Positions 13,432 to 28,339 of a stretch of DNA of 64,000 nt are shown here, piece after piece. This DNA is from Eledone cirrhosa (Eukaryota), in the NCBI GenBank assembly GCA_964016885.1, contig OZ024742.1, positions 171,740,001 to 171,804,000 of the forward strand, read 5' to 3'. Numbering within the stretch: position 1 is the stretch's first letter; the number at the start of each line of letters is the position of its first letter. The notes beneath the pieces are model-generated. The model was given only the letters and a program-made list of their open reading frames with translations. It did not search any database and was not told the DNA's origin. A program made the position numbers and the translations under genes.

Positions 13432-14048
13432 GCGATGAACTAGTTTCTAGCTTATTAGCTGTCATCAGCACCGTATACCTTCCTGTCAGTTGATTGAACG
13501 TTTGAACCAATACGTACATATATATATATATATATATATGTGCATGTATGTATATATATACTACTGTACGTCTGTATACATATATGTATGTCCGTATACA
13601 TACTTAAATTTAAGTATCAGCCGTACTAACAGTGAGAAATGAAATTTCATTTTTTCCATTTATCGTTTTCGGTACGTCGAGGCCGACTAACTCACTCGAT
13701 ATGCAAATTAGGCTACTCAGCCGTTAATATGCATAACGAAAGTATATACTTTCAAACGTTCAATCGACTGACAGAAAGGTATACGGTGCTGATGACAGCT
13801 AATAAGCTAGAAACTAGTTCATCGTTCCTTTGTAAGTGTTGAACAAAAGGGCAACGATGGTTGCCGAACACTGCTGGCTAATAATCCGGGCTGTTTGTTT
13901 ACAAACAAACCGAGCATTATAATAAATGTTCGGTAAACACATACGTACATATATATATATATATATATGTGCATGTATGTATATTTATATATACATACTA
14001 CTATACGTCTGCATACATATATGTATGTACGTATACATACTTAAATTT
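13432..14048 (+). mobile_element. Retrozyme-like hammerhead element: ~1.2 monomers plus a short inverted HHR segment
   Basis: 13510-13611 is repeated at 13941-14048 (period ~431-437). HHR 13783-13825: ACGGTG-CTGATGA-CAGCTAATAAGCTA-GAAA-CTAG-TT-CATCGT. Inverted HHR copy at 13432-13505. Confidence 0.8.
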
Positions 14049-14237
14049 ATATATATACAAATCAACTTTTTAAATGGAAGTTGCATTATTATAAGGTATG
14101 TCAAAATTATTTATGAAACAGCTTATATATTGTATTTTGTCTGAGGAAGGCATACCATATTTTAATATGATATCCCAGAAATATATATAACGAAATAAAT
14201 ATGGTTTTATAAATATAGTTTCCATTTGTTTAATATC

Positions 14238-14284
<47 letters not shown>

Positions 14285-15164
14285 AATAGAGAGAAATAAA
14301 TTGAGCCAGAGATAGGGAGGTATATAGATTCACAAGTTACATACAGACAGTAGAATAATAATGGTTCATAATGATAATACTACCGTTAGATTCGCCGATG
14401 ATGTTGATGCTGATTATTTTATTATACTAGAAGTGTAACTATTGACGACAAACTTTTCATGTCACCTCAGCTTGTATATATGTGAAGTCTTATCATTCAT
14501 CTATCATATTCTAAAAGAAAATCTGAGACAGTAATCTGTAAACATTCTATACGACCAAATGAGTTCACCTCTCTATATTGTGAGTTACGTCTTGCAATTG
14601 GAATTTGCTCCAAACACGCACTATATCGATCTCTAGAAGCATGTTTGAAATTCTAGAAGGGAACAGGAAAAAAGTTTTGTTAAAATTGATAGGAGGAAGT
14701 TCTACAGTTCTACCGTAGTAATCACATTATATAACAGGTAGAACTCTATATTGATGAAGTTCACAGCTAGAGTAAATCATATGTCATGTACCTGATATCA
14801 AACCTTCCGACAACAGAATGATGTACTGTCATAACTCAGCATTAGATGACTAACATATTCTTTATCTTTCTCTCTCTTTTTCCATACCTCTTTCTATTAC
14901 GTTTTATTTCGTCTTTTAATTCACGCACGTCTTATGACTGATCAATATACATATATAATTCTTATATTTTGTTTATTCGTTTTCTGACTTCAATCATTAG
15001 AATGCGGCCATGCTGCCGCACAACTTTGAAAACAAATATCCGAGCATATCGCGAATCGGCTACATTACCTTCTCGATTTTTTTCCGTCGAAAAACGAGTG
15101 GGACAAAACCCACACTCATACACGCAAATATATATATATATATATATATATGATATCTCTCTCT

Positions 15165-15237
<73 letters not shown>

Positions 15238-15242
<5 letters not shown>

Positions 15243-15284
15243 GAACGGACGTGAAACGGTGATGATGATGATGATGATGATGAT
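15238..15284 (+). mobile_element. RTE-type 3' tail ending in (ATG)n; similar stubs at ~33220-33255 and ~48488-48541
   Basis: CGGACGT(G/A)AAA followed by (TGA)n matches the end of the RTE fragment at 32275-32462. Confidence 0.6.
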
Positions 15285-15311
15285 ATATATATGATATATA
15301 TATATAATATA

Positions 15312-15546
15312 CCTCGTTTTTGAATCTGATTTGCAATATTTCTTATCTGAAAACGTGTGTAGAAACAGATACTGCTACACCTCGTGAGGGTAAGCCGCCA
15401 ACAAAAACACACCTGTTGGTTTTCACTTCAATTTATTATAAATTTCCGGTTGGTTGTTTATATATTGTTAAAGCTCTTTCGCCTCACATTCTGTGAACTC
15501 AGTGATTAGGATTTTATTTTTGTCTCTCCTTTGTTCTGTCCTACAC
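15312..15546 (-). mobile_element. Diverged 3'-end copy of the PLE family at 45821-47387
   Basis: Shares TATCTGAAAACGTGTGT, CAATTTATTATAAATTTCCGGTTGGTTG and CTCCTTTGTTCTGTCCTAC; HHR core is partly deleted. Confidence 0.8.
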
Positions 15547-15801
15547 TATCCTGTTTAATGCGATATTAATGAAATGGAGAACAGATCGTGCCTCGTCTAC
15601 TTACAGCCTGTAACCTGTCCAACGTTCTTCAGGGTATACCCACTCTGCACTCCATAATGCACCTGTCTCCGTTCAATAAATTTCCCTCACGAGGAATTAG
15701 TGAAACCGTGGCATGGGTAAATGCTGGAGTTAAGCTGAAACCAGGTAGTTGCGAATCGAACATTTTAATCCCATAGCCATCCCAGCCCACGTGGAAGTGT
15801 A

Positions 15802-15844
<43 letters not shown>

Positions 15845-15845
15845 T

Positions 15846-15943
<98 letters not shown>

Positions 15944-15948
15944 ATATA

Positions 15949-15987
<39 letters not shown>

Positions 15988-16004
15988 TATATGTGTATAT
16001 ATAT

Positions 16005-16099
<95 letters not shown>

Positions 16100-16969
16100 T
16101 ATATATATATATATATATATATACGAAATAATAAAGCTGCTTTTTCCTCTTTTAATTAGGGAAAGGCTGAATACAAAGCAGAAGGTATTGTTATTCCATT
16201 ATTATTTCTCCAGGGATAAAACTGAAAATTCATTGAAATAAAATCACGACTTTAGATAAAATACATAAAGATATTGAACACAAATCAAAACTTACAATAG
16301 CGAAAGAAGAAAAAAACTTCATAAAATTGCAACAACAAAAATAAATAATGCATATTATAAAATATGTAGAGTATCAATATATAAATCATATAAAATATAT
16401 TAATAGGTAAATAAATTAAACAAAATGTAAAATGTAATCATGGATTAAGAAGAAAATAAGGATATGAGACTTTTAATTATTATTACTATCATCATCATCA
16501 TTGACGTCATCAATATCAGTATCATCATCATCTTCTACCTCCTGATTTGTATAGCTCTCGTCATCAATATCGTAGAAATTATGCCTAACAGACGCTGCAT
16601 ATAAAAACATGGTCTGAGTCGATCACTTGATATTTGTGAATTGTGTTTCTTTCACTAATCTTTTATAAAACATACTAACAGGCAACGATTCAATCTTTAC
16701 CATATCATTCCTCATATTTGAAGAAGGTGCTAAGTACCTGGCCGGGGAGGAAGCTTCCTAACTTCAAAATGTTTCGATGTACCAAGCATTTGTACCAAGC
16801 ATTTGTACCAAGCAGAGAAAGATTGCAGCTTTTCTTTTTTCAAATTAATACATTCGTTCCATTTTATCTATAAACCAGGCTGATAGCCGGATCTTTACTA
16901 CGTGTGATATCAGATGTGCAACATTAGTTCACACGTCTTCGATTAATGAACAGTTATCGATTTTGTCAC

Positions 16970-17183
16970 CTGCGCGCGTCTCAGACATATTCGTATGTTG
17001 GCAATTCCGTGTCTGTTGTAGTCTAGACCTGGATATGCTCCTCTGTGGCAGTACCATACCAAGGTTTTCAGAAATTCTCTATAATCAGCGACCTTAAATT
17101 ACTCCAGAGAAATCAGTTCAGACTGCCGTTGTCCTCGTCTAGAGTATTTCACAAGCCAAAGTCACTCATACATTTCATTAGGC
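16970..17183 (-). other. Candidate host-gene exon (5'UTR plus possible start MVLPQRSISRSRLQQTRNCQHTNMSETRA)
   Basis: Unique sequence with acceptor TTTTCATTTTTTACAG|G and donor GCAG|GTGACA; ATG at 17057 is open to the donor (phase 1). No homology recognised. Confidence 0.35.
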
Positions 17184-17318
17184 CTGTAAAAAATGAAAAC
17201 GTTATTTCCTCACCACTGATCGAGCTGGCTAAGTTGAGGTAAGCGGCCAGTAATAATATAAAGGTCAATAATACTAACTATGACAATGTGAACTGTTGAG
17301 ATCGATACACCGAAGATA

Positions 17319-17500
17319 ATTGTTTCTACTTTAGGCACAAGGCCAGCAATTACCCAGTGCATTACTGGTACTTTATTTTATCGACCCCGTAAGGATGAAA
17401 GGCAAAGTCAACCTCGGCGGGATTTGAACTCAGATCTTAAAGGGACGTAACTATGCTACAAAGCATGGCGTCCGACCCTCTACCGATTCTGCCAATCCAC
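17319..17500 (-). mobile_element. SINE family 1
   Basis: Near-full copy with CACCGAAGATAAT repeated on both sides (TSD, partly overlapping the SINE end). Confidence 0.93.
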
Positions 17501-17638
17501 CGAAGATAATGATAATCTTTGGCTAGATGTTAGGTTATTATCTAGAACACTAGAGTTTTACTTAGGTAAATAAGCCTCATCATTTCAAGATAGGATAATC
17601 TGTTCATAGATTGTTATCGATGTATAAAACACCCACTA

Positions 17639-17751
<113 letters not shown>

Positions 17752-17783
17752 TGGATATATATATATATATTATTCAGAATAAT

Positions 17784-17966
17784 AATTGTTTCTACTTTAG
17801 GCACAAGGCCAGCAATTACCCAGTGCATTACTGGTACTTTATTTTATCGACCCCGTAAGGATGAAAGGCAAAGTCAACCTCGGCGGGATTTGAACTCAGA
17901 TCGTAAAGGGACGTAACTATGCTGGAAAGCATGGTGTCTGACCCTCTACCGATACTGCCAATCCAC
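17784..17966 (-). mobile_element. SINE family 1
   Basis: Near-full copy, GAATAATAA TSD. Confidence 0.93.
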
Positions 17967-18065
17967 GAATAATAACTCCAGAAAACATCAGTAGAGTTCT
18001 TTTAATCTATTGTAAAACTATATTCATTGAGTAATCAATGAACCATATTAATCTTTGGTTATATA

Positions 18066-18171
<106 letters not shown>

Positions 18172-18217
18172 GAAGTCAAATGTGATATATGTCATTATGT
18201 ATATACATATATCATTC

Positions 18218-18283
<66 letters not shown>

Positions 18284-18888
18284 GGGGATAGATATATACA
18301 TACATGCACGCACACACACACACACATATATATACACACATATCTATATATCTATTTATCCACATACATACATAATAAACATATAACTATGAATACATTA
18401 ACACACATACATTTGTGAGTATTTATGTATGTGTATACAGTCGCATTTAACTGGAGAGGCTAAAATTAGTGCGGATTAAAAGTATAAATAGGCTTATCTC
18501 ACCTAATGCCTACATATCGCTCTTTCATCTTGACTTTCATGGAGATTTTATTTCGGCACTTGCTTACTTGCACAGACACGTGCATACATAATGAGGCATA
18601 GACACAAACACACTCTTATACACACTGAAATACAAAGACACTAATACTGCTATAGAGGGAAAGGGATGCAAACAGAAACATAGTGAGAGTGGTGCAGACA
18701 TGCGCACACATTCACACATAATGAAATACACAAACATGTTGAGAGAGGCACAATCACACACACAATCTCACGCACAGTAATATATAGAAACACACACATA
18801 CTCAGTACAAAAGCAGATAGACTGACTAAGTCTGGTGGAAAAACATACAAACACTCAGACTCAATGAAATATATACATATACTCCCAC

Positions 18889-19245
<357 letters not shown>

Positions 19246-19604
19246 AAGTACGTGTGTGTGTGTATTTATAATCATTGCACTGATTCTATTTAATCTCGTT
19301 GATCCAATTGTTATCGCATTTTGTTCTCAATAAAACGAAAGTTTCTATTTTATTTTGAGGAAGTGTGTGATTACTAAACAACCTCATACACTCTCCCACA
19401 GAAAAGCATACGTACTCACTCACATACAGACAAATACATATACAGTCACATGCTGTTATAGAGATGCAAATACACAGAAAAAGCCGTATATATAAGGATA
19501 ATTATTACGTCAAGTGCAGACGTATTTGTTACTACTCAGTGTATACGTGAAAGATTTGCCATAGTTATATACATATATACATATATACATATGAATATAT
19601 ATAT

Positions 19605-19921
19605 ATTTCGTTTCTGAATTTGGTTAGCAAGATTCTTTATCTGAAAACGTGTGTTGAAACCGATATTGTTATGCTTTGGGAGGGTCATGTTGCCAATAAG
19701 AAACACACGCACCAGTTGCTTTCACTCCAATTTATTATAAATTTAAGAATTTATAAATTTCCGGTTGGTTGGTTGGTTCTATAACCGGACGGTTGTTCAT
19801 ATATTGTCAAAGTTCTTTCGTCACACATTATGTGACCTCTTCAGTGACTGGGGATTATTTCCTTTGTTTTGTGCCTCTCCTTTGTTCTGTCCTACGCCAT
19901 CTTGTTTTTGTGTGTGTTGTC
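19605..19921 (-). mobile_element. PLE 3'-end copy (family of 45821-47387) with hammerhead
   Basis: HHR 19806-19848 (minus): GTCA-CTGAAGA-GGTCACATAATGTGTGAC-GAAA-GAAC-TT-TGAC; highly similar to 45821-46165. Confidence 0.85.
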
Positions 19922-19928
19922 AACACAT

Positions 19929-20077
19929 ATAACGAAGGAAGTGTGGTAAGGAACCAGATGGCCCATAACGTAACAGCGTACTCAATAGTTAGGGAAGTAG
20001 AGTGGGTAATACGCAAATGTTTAACCCCGACGGCGGAGCTCAACTTGACCTCTGCCATCAGGGTTAAACATGTTCCT
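19929..20077 (-). mobile_element. Short TA-embedded repeat family (also 59881-60030, 61692-61818; plus-strand fragment 29283-29331)
   Basis: Shared TAACGAAGGAAGTGTGGTAAGGAACCAGATGGCCCATAACG..GTACTCAATA..GTAGAGTGGGTAAT..CCCCGACGGC. Confidence 0.85.
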
Positions 20078-20094
20078 ATATATATATATATGTA

Positions 20095-22410
20095 TAAACC
20101 TAAAATCCCTAACAACCCTTTACAAAGAAGGCCTTACAGACAAGGAATGCAACTACATCACCAATTTCAAAAGCAGAACCAGCCTCTTCTATAGTATCCC
20201 AAAGACACACAAAAGCGAAGTAATAGGTAGGGCCTGCAAGCAAGCCACATACGTTTACATCAATATAGCCCCTCCTGATGACCTTACATTAAGACCCATA
20301 ATAGTAGGTACCACATGTGAAACCCACCGTCTAAGCAACTTCCTGGATATTCTGCTTAAACTTTTCCTAAAACACATAAACAAGCTTCATAAGGGACGAC
20401 CTTGACATGCTCAACCACTTCCCAATAACACTCAATAATGAACGTATCCTACTAGTAACCTTTGATGTCATCAATTTATATTCCAATATCCCACACAACC
20501 TAGGTATAGAAGCAATACAATTCTGGCTTGAAAATGTCCCTAGTGAAATCCAACAGTACATCCCTAAAGAATTTGTGTTGGAGGGACTCAAATTCCTCTT
20601 GGAAAACAATTTCTTCGAATTCAATGCCAGATACTACAGACAGAAATCTAGGACTGCCATGGGCACGAAGGTAGCCCCCTCATACGCCAACCTTGTCATG
20701 GGATATTTGGAAACAACTCTCTACCGCAAAGTTCTAGACAAATACGGCAACCACTTCTACCAACACATAGAAAAGAACTGGAAGAGATATCTGGACGACT
20801 GCTTCATCCTCTGGCATGAAAGTATAAATAGACTGTTTGAGTTTAAAACTCTTCTGGACGGACTCAACACGAACTTACAATTCACAATAGATTACAGCCA
20901 TGAATAACTCCCTTTCCTCAACATCCTCATCAAGAAAACAAGAAACAAAATAGAAACAGACATACTGCAAACCCACAGACTCCAAACAATACCTCTCATT
21001 CAACTCGTGCCACCCTAGACACCAAAATGGAAATTCCTTATAACCTAGCCAGAAGGATCTGCACAATAGTTTCAGATAAATACACATGCTACACACGACT
21101 AGAAGAATAAAAAAACACACTTATCAGCAGAAACTACCCACCATCCCTAATCACCAATGGATTCCAACGTACCCTAAAACTAGAGATCCAGGAACTCAGA
21201 CACCCCAAACCAAGGAATGAACCGCAACAAAAAACTCTACCATACATCTCCATACACAACCCCCTCAACAATGAGGCATTCGACACCATCCTCCAGAACA
21301 TTCCTTTACTAAAAAGAGACCCCAGAATGAACAAAATCCTCCAAACACACAACACCATAAAGAGCAAAAGACAACCTAAATCCGTAAAAATCATCTTCAC
21401 ACAAGCCAAAATCCAACAAACCCTCACAATGAACCCTACAGTAACAAAATGCGGAAGGCCTACCTATGGCATATGCATAAATCTAATAGAAGGTTCAACA
21501 TTCCATTTTAAACAAGGACATGATTTAACAGTTAAACACAACTTTACAAGTGCATCTGAAAACCTAATCTATGTTTTGAACTGCTCAGGTTGTCAAGAGC
21601 ACTACATAGGACAGTAAAAAAACAGCCTCCGTCAACGTATGACCGTCCATAAATCACAAATTAAAATACAGGAATACACAAAGATTGCATTTAGTGAACA
21701 TATCGCCAATTGTGCACTCAACCAACATCCAAACTTTAAAATGTTCCCCATTTACAAATTCATAGACAACGCTACTTTCATCCATCGTACCAATAATGAA
21801 ACATATTTCATTAACAAATTCCAACCTCTACTTAATGCACTAAACTTCGGACCAAACAAAAGCTGCAACAAAGAATCAAACATTTACAAGAGTTACCTCC
21901 CTCACACCCTACATAATCCTTTTTCTTAAACAAATTAAATATCACCCAGCAAGAATTGCCTCCCCCTGCATATTAACTCTCTAAAAAGGGAAATCATATC
22001 AAACCTCAGTCCACCATTTGCCTCGATCATGGAATCATGGATCAACTAAGCACTCTTGCTATATTAACTCATTTTGATCTGCTTAACTTCAATAACTATG
22101 CCTGTAAATAACATTATTTTTTTCTTTCACATTGACTTTTATTGCTCTACGTTACGACCGTTTTTTTCTTTTCACTTCATAAACCTTGTTTGTAAATAAC
22201 ATTATTCTTTCTGCACCTTCTCTTTAACATGTGCGACACCACCATGATACCTATCACTATCATTTGATAATGCATACAAATGCTGAAACCGGTAATAGAC
22301 AATTATTAAATATATAAATAGATAAATAAATGCAATTGATAAATAATAAATAAATCAATTATTACCTTAACACTTCACAAAAAGTAAAACATTTCGTTTT
22401 AATCATTTTC
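20095..22410 (+). mobile_element. 5'-truncated, decayed Penelope-like retroelement (RT plus C-terminal GIY-YIG; Neptune-like Cys linker)
   Basis: RT motifs YSIPKTHK, LRPII, LVTFDVINLYSNIP, YRQKSRTAMGTKVAPSYANLVMG, WKRYLDDCF; then TKCGRP..IC and GIY-YIG NLIYVLNCSGCQEHYIGQ..LRQRMTVH. Multiple frameshifts and stops. Decayed HHR near 22257-22300 (TTGATAA-TGCATACAAATGCT-GAAA-CCGG-TA-ATAG). Confidence 0.95.
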
Positions 22411-23359
22411 TAAACCAGAAAACAGAGAGAGAAATAAAAAAGGGAAAAAAATATTTTTCTTCCTAATAAGCGTCTCTTTCTCCCTGTTTTCATATATATA
22501 TATATATATTCATATGTATATATATTTATGTTGGAAAATATAATTAATATCTTTATCCTATTTTGACAATTCAATAACAGGGCATATGAATTTCCCCATA
22601 GTGACACCAAGAAGCGTGAGAATTGACCCCACATACCCTCATTATACCACACCCACCTGATCCTTCTAATTCAATTTTCCTAAATGTTGGAGGGGTAGAA
22701 TCGGATGAGCGTATTGATCTAATCAGTCAAGCACATGTTCTAGATATTGAGAGGTTTTCACACGGTCCCATATAATAATTCTATTGGCAAATTAATTGCA
22801 TAAGTTTATTTTAAAAACTACCTGGTTGAGTGCTTATTAGATTTGTGCTATTTATGCAATTTTGTTCATGGTATACACATACTGAATTCATTTGCCAAAA
22901 TCTGGGGGGTTTTTTCCCCTTGTGAATTACACATGTGCTTTCATGAAACTCTGTGTCATTCACAAATTTGGTACAGAGCAAAATACCTGTTGATAACGTG
23001 ATATTCCTTGTTCGATCATTATACCTAAAGCATATAATTTTAAGCAGACAGTATTATTGATTTAGGTGTCATAGAAACCCTGCATTTCGATTTTAGCATC
23101 AATTCTAATGGGTCCAGTTCTGTTTTTTTGTTATAATTTATTTTGTTTTGACCTGTTTAGCTTGATCTGCTTTTTGGCTTAGGTGGTTGATGCTTTCTTG
23201 ACTACTTTTTCAGTTTTGTATGGCGTTTTAACATATTGTTTAGCTCTGGGTTTTTAACTATGGAGCGCTTGCCAACATAATTCTGATTGTTGCGTTTCGT
23301 TTCGCTTTCTCTACCCGCCGAAATTCGATTCTCGCTGAATTTATATTTATATATATATA

Positions 23360-26300
23360 CTAGCAGATTTACCCGGCGTTTCCCGGGATTTGAAATTATG
23401 CTAAGAATATACAGCTAGGAAGTAAAAGAAGAACATTATTTGTCACCAACCTGTCAAAAGAAGCAGAAGTTTTCAATAATTAATGCAAACGAATATTTAG
23501 TCCAATCTTTGTACACATAAAACTATGCTGATAATGAAGGAAAACACTGAACAGGATGTAGTTATACAAATTATTAAAGACAATACACGTTGCAAATCTG
23601 TAAAAACACAGGCAGTTTTGCTAAAGTACAAAAAGTTGTAATGAATGCAGAGTTGTATACAAACAAAAAAACAAAAACAATGAGAGTAGAATAAGAGAAA
23701 ATATATTCTTTGAGAGCATCATTTGCTGTGTATGGTTAAATTTTTAACTTATAAACCAAAATATCCTGCATGACATATTCATTGGTATGTTCTGTAAATA
23801 GTAAGGTGAATCAAGGCAGAGCTGTAATAAGTTTTTTTGTTAACACTAAAGCACTTCAGCATAGACGATATTCTTTGATTTTCTTTTCGGAACAAACGCA
23901 AAGAGATTATCTCTGCTGCCAACTCGTGAGCAAGCAACGTAGAATTGTCCGTGCGAAAAACAAGGTTCATCCAAGTGAATTCCAGTGACGGACAGAGTTT
24001 GACCTTGCGACTTGTTTATGGACATCGCAAAGGCAACACGAAGGGGAAATTGGGTTCGGCGAAAGGAGAAGGGATTATCCACGTCTGATGTAGTCAGACT
24101 AATTTTTGTTGTTATCACATCCTCGCCTTTTCCACATCCGGATAGAATGGTAGCGTCAATACTAAGTAGAGACAGTTTTTTAACCACAATACGTGTACCA
24201 TTGCATAGTTTTAGAGGAGTGATATTTCTCAGCAAAATAACTGGCGTTCCCTCTTTCAGAACCACTGTATTAGGAGGTAAACCAGGAGGATTAAAATAAT
24301 TTAGAAATTCAACTGGATAATTGACCGCATCCTGTCGATCACAAACAGTATCAATAGATTTATATATCCATGGACATCCAGGAAGAAGCTGAAGAAGCTG
24401 ATCGTTAATACAGCTAACCATGGCATTTTTGGGTGCAAGAATGGCTCTTTCGCATAGCCAATCAAGATTCGTATAGTTATCACGCAAGTTCGGGAATATA
24501 CTCGCCTTGAGATCTTCGACAGTTTCAACTACATTGCAGATGTGATCAATTGCTATGTGTCCATCTGTATCCGGAGGTAGGTTATCATCTCCTATTGTAA
24601 GAATGTCTCCAGAAAATGTTGATGACAGAGGGTCCCCATGCAACCTTGCACGCATGTTGGTAGTTATTCTTAATGATGTCACTTGTCGCAACAATGGTGA
24701 AGACTTAAAACATGCATTTACCGCATCTGCTCTTGTTCCTTTCGGTATTATAGGAGGAGCCTGTCTGAAGTCTCCTTATAGCAGAAATGTGACACCCTCC
24801 CCCATAACATCACTGCAATCCCGTATGTCTTGCAAAGACCTGTCTATTGCCTCAAGTGCACCTTTGTGCGCCATTATCCACTCATCCCCAAAAATAAGGT
24901 GACACCTTCGCAGCAGATGAGCCCTTTCGGAGTCTTTGGTGATATGACAAGTAGGAGTTTCCAATTTTGCCAAATCAAAGCGCAATTTAAAAACTGAATG
25001 TGCCGTCCTTCCACCAGGGAGCAAAGTTGCTGTGATTTCAAGGACGCTTCCATGTATTTTTGTCCCAGGTATAGTAAGATGGGACTTGTGGATATAGTAA
25101 GGTTTTAGAAAATAGATCTTCTTGACATATTTTAAAGAAAGCGGTAACAGTAGTATCCTTTGGTTCTTGTGCTAAGTGAGCAGCTGATTCATTCATAAAA
25201 TATACTCTCTGACCGTTCTCCAGGTGCACGTGAAGCTCTTGAACAGCAGGATGTCGTTGATGTATAAACAATCCGAAAATCCGCCAGAACGCTTCATTAG
25301 AGCCAATGTATCTTCCAGTTTGCTACTGGGCCACTTCATCTCGGCTGTTTTCCCGAAGTAATCCAAACGTAGCAGCACCAGAGCCTTTATTAATGTACTT
25401 ACAAACAAATGTATTTCATAGATTAATCGAATTACAGTATTCTACGTTGATGTGTACATCAAAAGTCTTTATAAGGAGTGGATTATATGGAACAACCCAT
25501 CTGTTGTCAACCTCACGTTTGCCAACCCTCGCTTGAATCCACCATCTTCGGGTCTTCTCCGGCGATATAGTTGGTATCCGCCACGACCAGTCTGAGTGTC
25601 CTTAAGGAACTGTCGGGGAAATTCCTTTGAGCACCTAGACTTGTCCTTAATACACGGTAGGTTGCTGTGAAATCGATGTCCACATGGGCCATGCACCATG
25701 TGTGCTTTAACTTTTTGGTAAAGGTCCCCGTCGATTGCCGGATCCGGAAACTCAGCATAAATGACATAGTAAATTTCATCTGATCTAAGTTTTGTCTTTA
25801 ACCAGATCAGAATGTTGGCATGTGGCAAGCCTCGTTTGTGCCACTCAATTGTAAGCATGTCAATTGTAAGCATTTGTACTGGGCCAAATATTTCACCTGG
25901 TGTGATAAGTTCCATAAGCTTAATTAACTTAAGATGGAAAACTCTGGCAATAAGATCCTGCCTGGCTGTGGCCTTTTGACCTGAAAAGAGTTATTTCTGA
26001 ATCTCTTCCCATTTTGGGTTTGAAGTGAAAGTAATAAACAAATCTGGTTTACCGAAAAGGCGCACAAATGTTTTTTCGAAAAAGAACCGAGGACTTCCTG
26101 TAAAAGATGAAGGCAGGTTGCACAACAGTCCAATACTATCAGGATCTGCATCATTGTTCATTCCATCACGAAGGTGAATGTAAGTGTCAGAGCGAACTTG
26201 TTTCTGATTAATTCGAATGAATGAAAACAACAAGTGGTATTTTTAACTTTGAAAGTGCAACAAAGAATATACAAGACAAAAACGATAATATTAGTGATTT

Positions 26301-26599
26301 ATCTTCAAATGAATCTGATGTTTATATTTCTGTCAATAAAGTTGGTTATCTCCCTTTTTTATAAGGATTGTCAATAAAGTTGGGTATCTCCCTTACATCA
26401 ATTTTGCTACCGATAATTTTGATATCGATTTTTCATGCTCAACGTGGGTCGATTTGAAAATCTTTTATAATGTGACCATCTTAGCGACCTGTGCAACGTG
26501 CACAGAAAACTTGGTCAAATTCGGTTGGTAATTGTAATAGCCTTAGGTATCCAAAGTTGTACACAGACACACACACACATCCTCGCTTTTATATATATA

Positions 26600-26601
<2 letters not shown>
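23360..26601 (-). mobile_element. Internally deleted Helitron (Rep/Pif1 helicase pseudogene)
   Basis: 5' TCTATATATATAAAAGCGAGGATG at 26601; 3' hairpin CCCGGGAAACGCCGGG..TGCTAG|T at 23360. HUH Rep motifs PDLFITFTSNPKW, EWHKRGLPHANIL, KYINKG. Pif1 motifs GGRTAHSVFKL, QFPLRVAFAMSINKSQGQTL, HGQFYVACSRV. Confidence 0.95.
23846..26233 (-). pseudogene. Fragmented Helitron RepHel coding region; longest piece 23846-24694 is the Pif1 C-terminal half
   Basis: At least six frameshifted ORF pieces. No Walker A is visible; a deletion junction is inferred near 25030-25040. Confidence 0.92.
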
Positions 26602-26644
<43 letters not shown>

Positions 26645-26657
26645 CGTATGTGTGTGT

Positions 26658-26697
<40 letters not shown>

Positions 26698-26699
26698 AT

Positions 26700-26760
<61 letters not shown>

Positions 26761-26891
26761 CAGCCTTATCAATAAATGACTTTAATATCTTAAACTACTT
26801 CGCATTTCTTATTATTAAATATACTCCGTCTTTCTTATGTGGAAAAAGTACGTAGAGAGCTTGAATGAATTGCATCAATATTTACCGTAAG

Positions 26892-27071
<180 letters not shown>

Positions 27072-27848
27072 GAGAGATAGAGAGATATATCAACATATAG
27101 ATATATATACAGGTAAGCACACACACATAATCATATGCACACATATATGTCTGAGTGTGTGCTGCTGCTGATAATATATGTATATGTAATATATGTATGT
27201 ATGTACGTATATATGTATGTATGGTAACCCAATCAAATGGGGTGTTGTGTGAGTGTAAATATATCTTTTTTAGTATAATGCACCAGGTTTCGGAATTCAT
27301 TCCAACAACAATATAGGAATATTATGATTAAAATGTTTATTCAACTTAAATGCAATTCCATATATTTCTGATCAATGAAATCGACTTCAAAACATTTTGA
27401 TTAAAGCCGATTAAAGCGGATTAAGGAATACTTCATTGGAGTATATGATATGAGACTATAACAAACAAACATCATATGAGTAAGAATTATTGAAAGTATC
27501 ATAGTAATAATATAAAGATCAGTAAAATCAACAAAATAGCAAATATGATAACCATAATGTAGATAGCAGAGAAACTAACAACAATATCAAACAACATAAC
27601 CAAAACTTACAGATCAGTGAAACCGTCAACAATAGCAAATATCATAGCTATAACTTATAGATCTGTGAAATTATAAAATAAAGACTGTATTTCACAGACT
27701 TAGCAAAGTAGCGGAGAATATTTCTAGACAGTTGTTGGAATCTTAAATAAATGAAGATGAACCAAAGTTGCTTTCATTATAAAGTAATCTCCAGTAGATC
27801 TCTATCTATCTTGTCTAACTTCACTCTATGTATGTATATCTATATCTA

Positions 27849-27999
<151 letters not shown>

Positions 28000-28098
28000 A
28001 TATACACATATACATACATCTATATATATATATTAATAATAATACATTTCAAGACTAAAATCCAAAGAGGTTTGCTTAAACTTTAATCTGTTATTTTA

Positions 28099-28166
<68 letters not shown>

Positions 28167-28339
28167 TATTTACGTATCGAGAGAGAGAAAAAAGGGAGGA
28201 TAGGTGATACATATAGTTATTTGCCAAGTAGCATATGCCAAAGGTGCTCGATACTAGTGCCGGCAGTATTAAATATTCGAAGTGTTAATATTTAGTGGGC
28301 TAGAGAGTTAGCAGAGCGTAAGCACGTGAAAAAGTAAAC

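Noticed and set aside
13701-13708. ATGCAAAT octamer in the retrozyme-like unit as an snRNA-type promoter element
   Set aside because: A single 8-mer in AT-rich DNA (also at ~3002) with no supporting PSE; not enough to call.
16779-16813. GTACCAAGCATTT repeated about three times
   Set aside because: Ordinary 13-bp slippage repeat.
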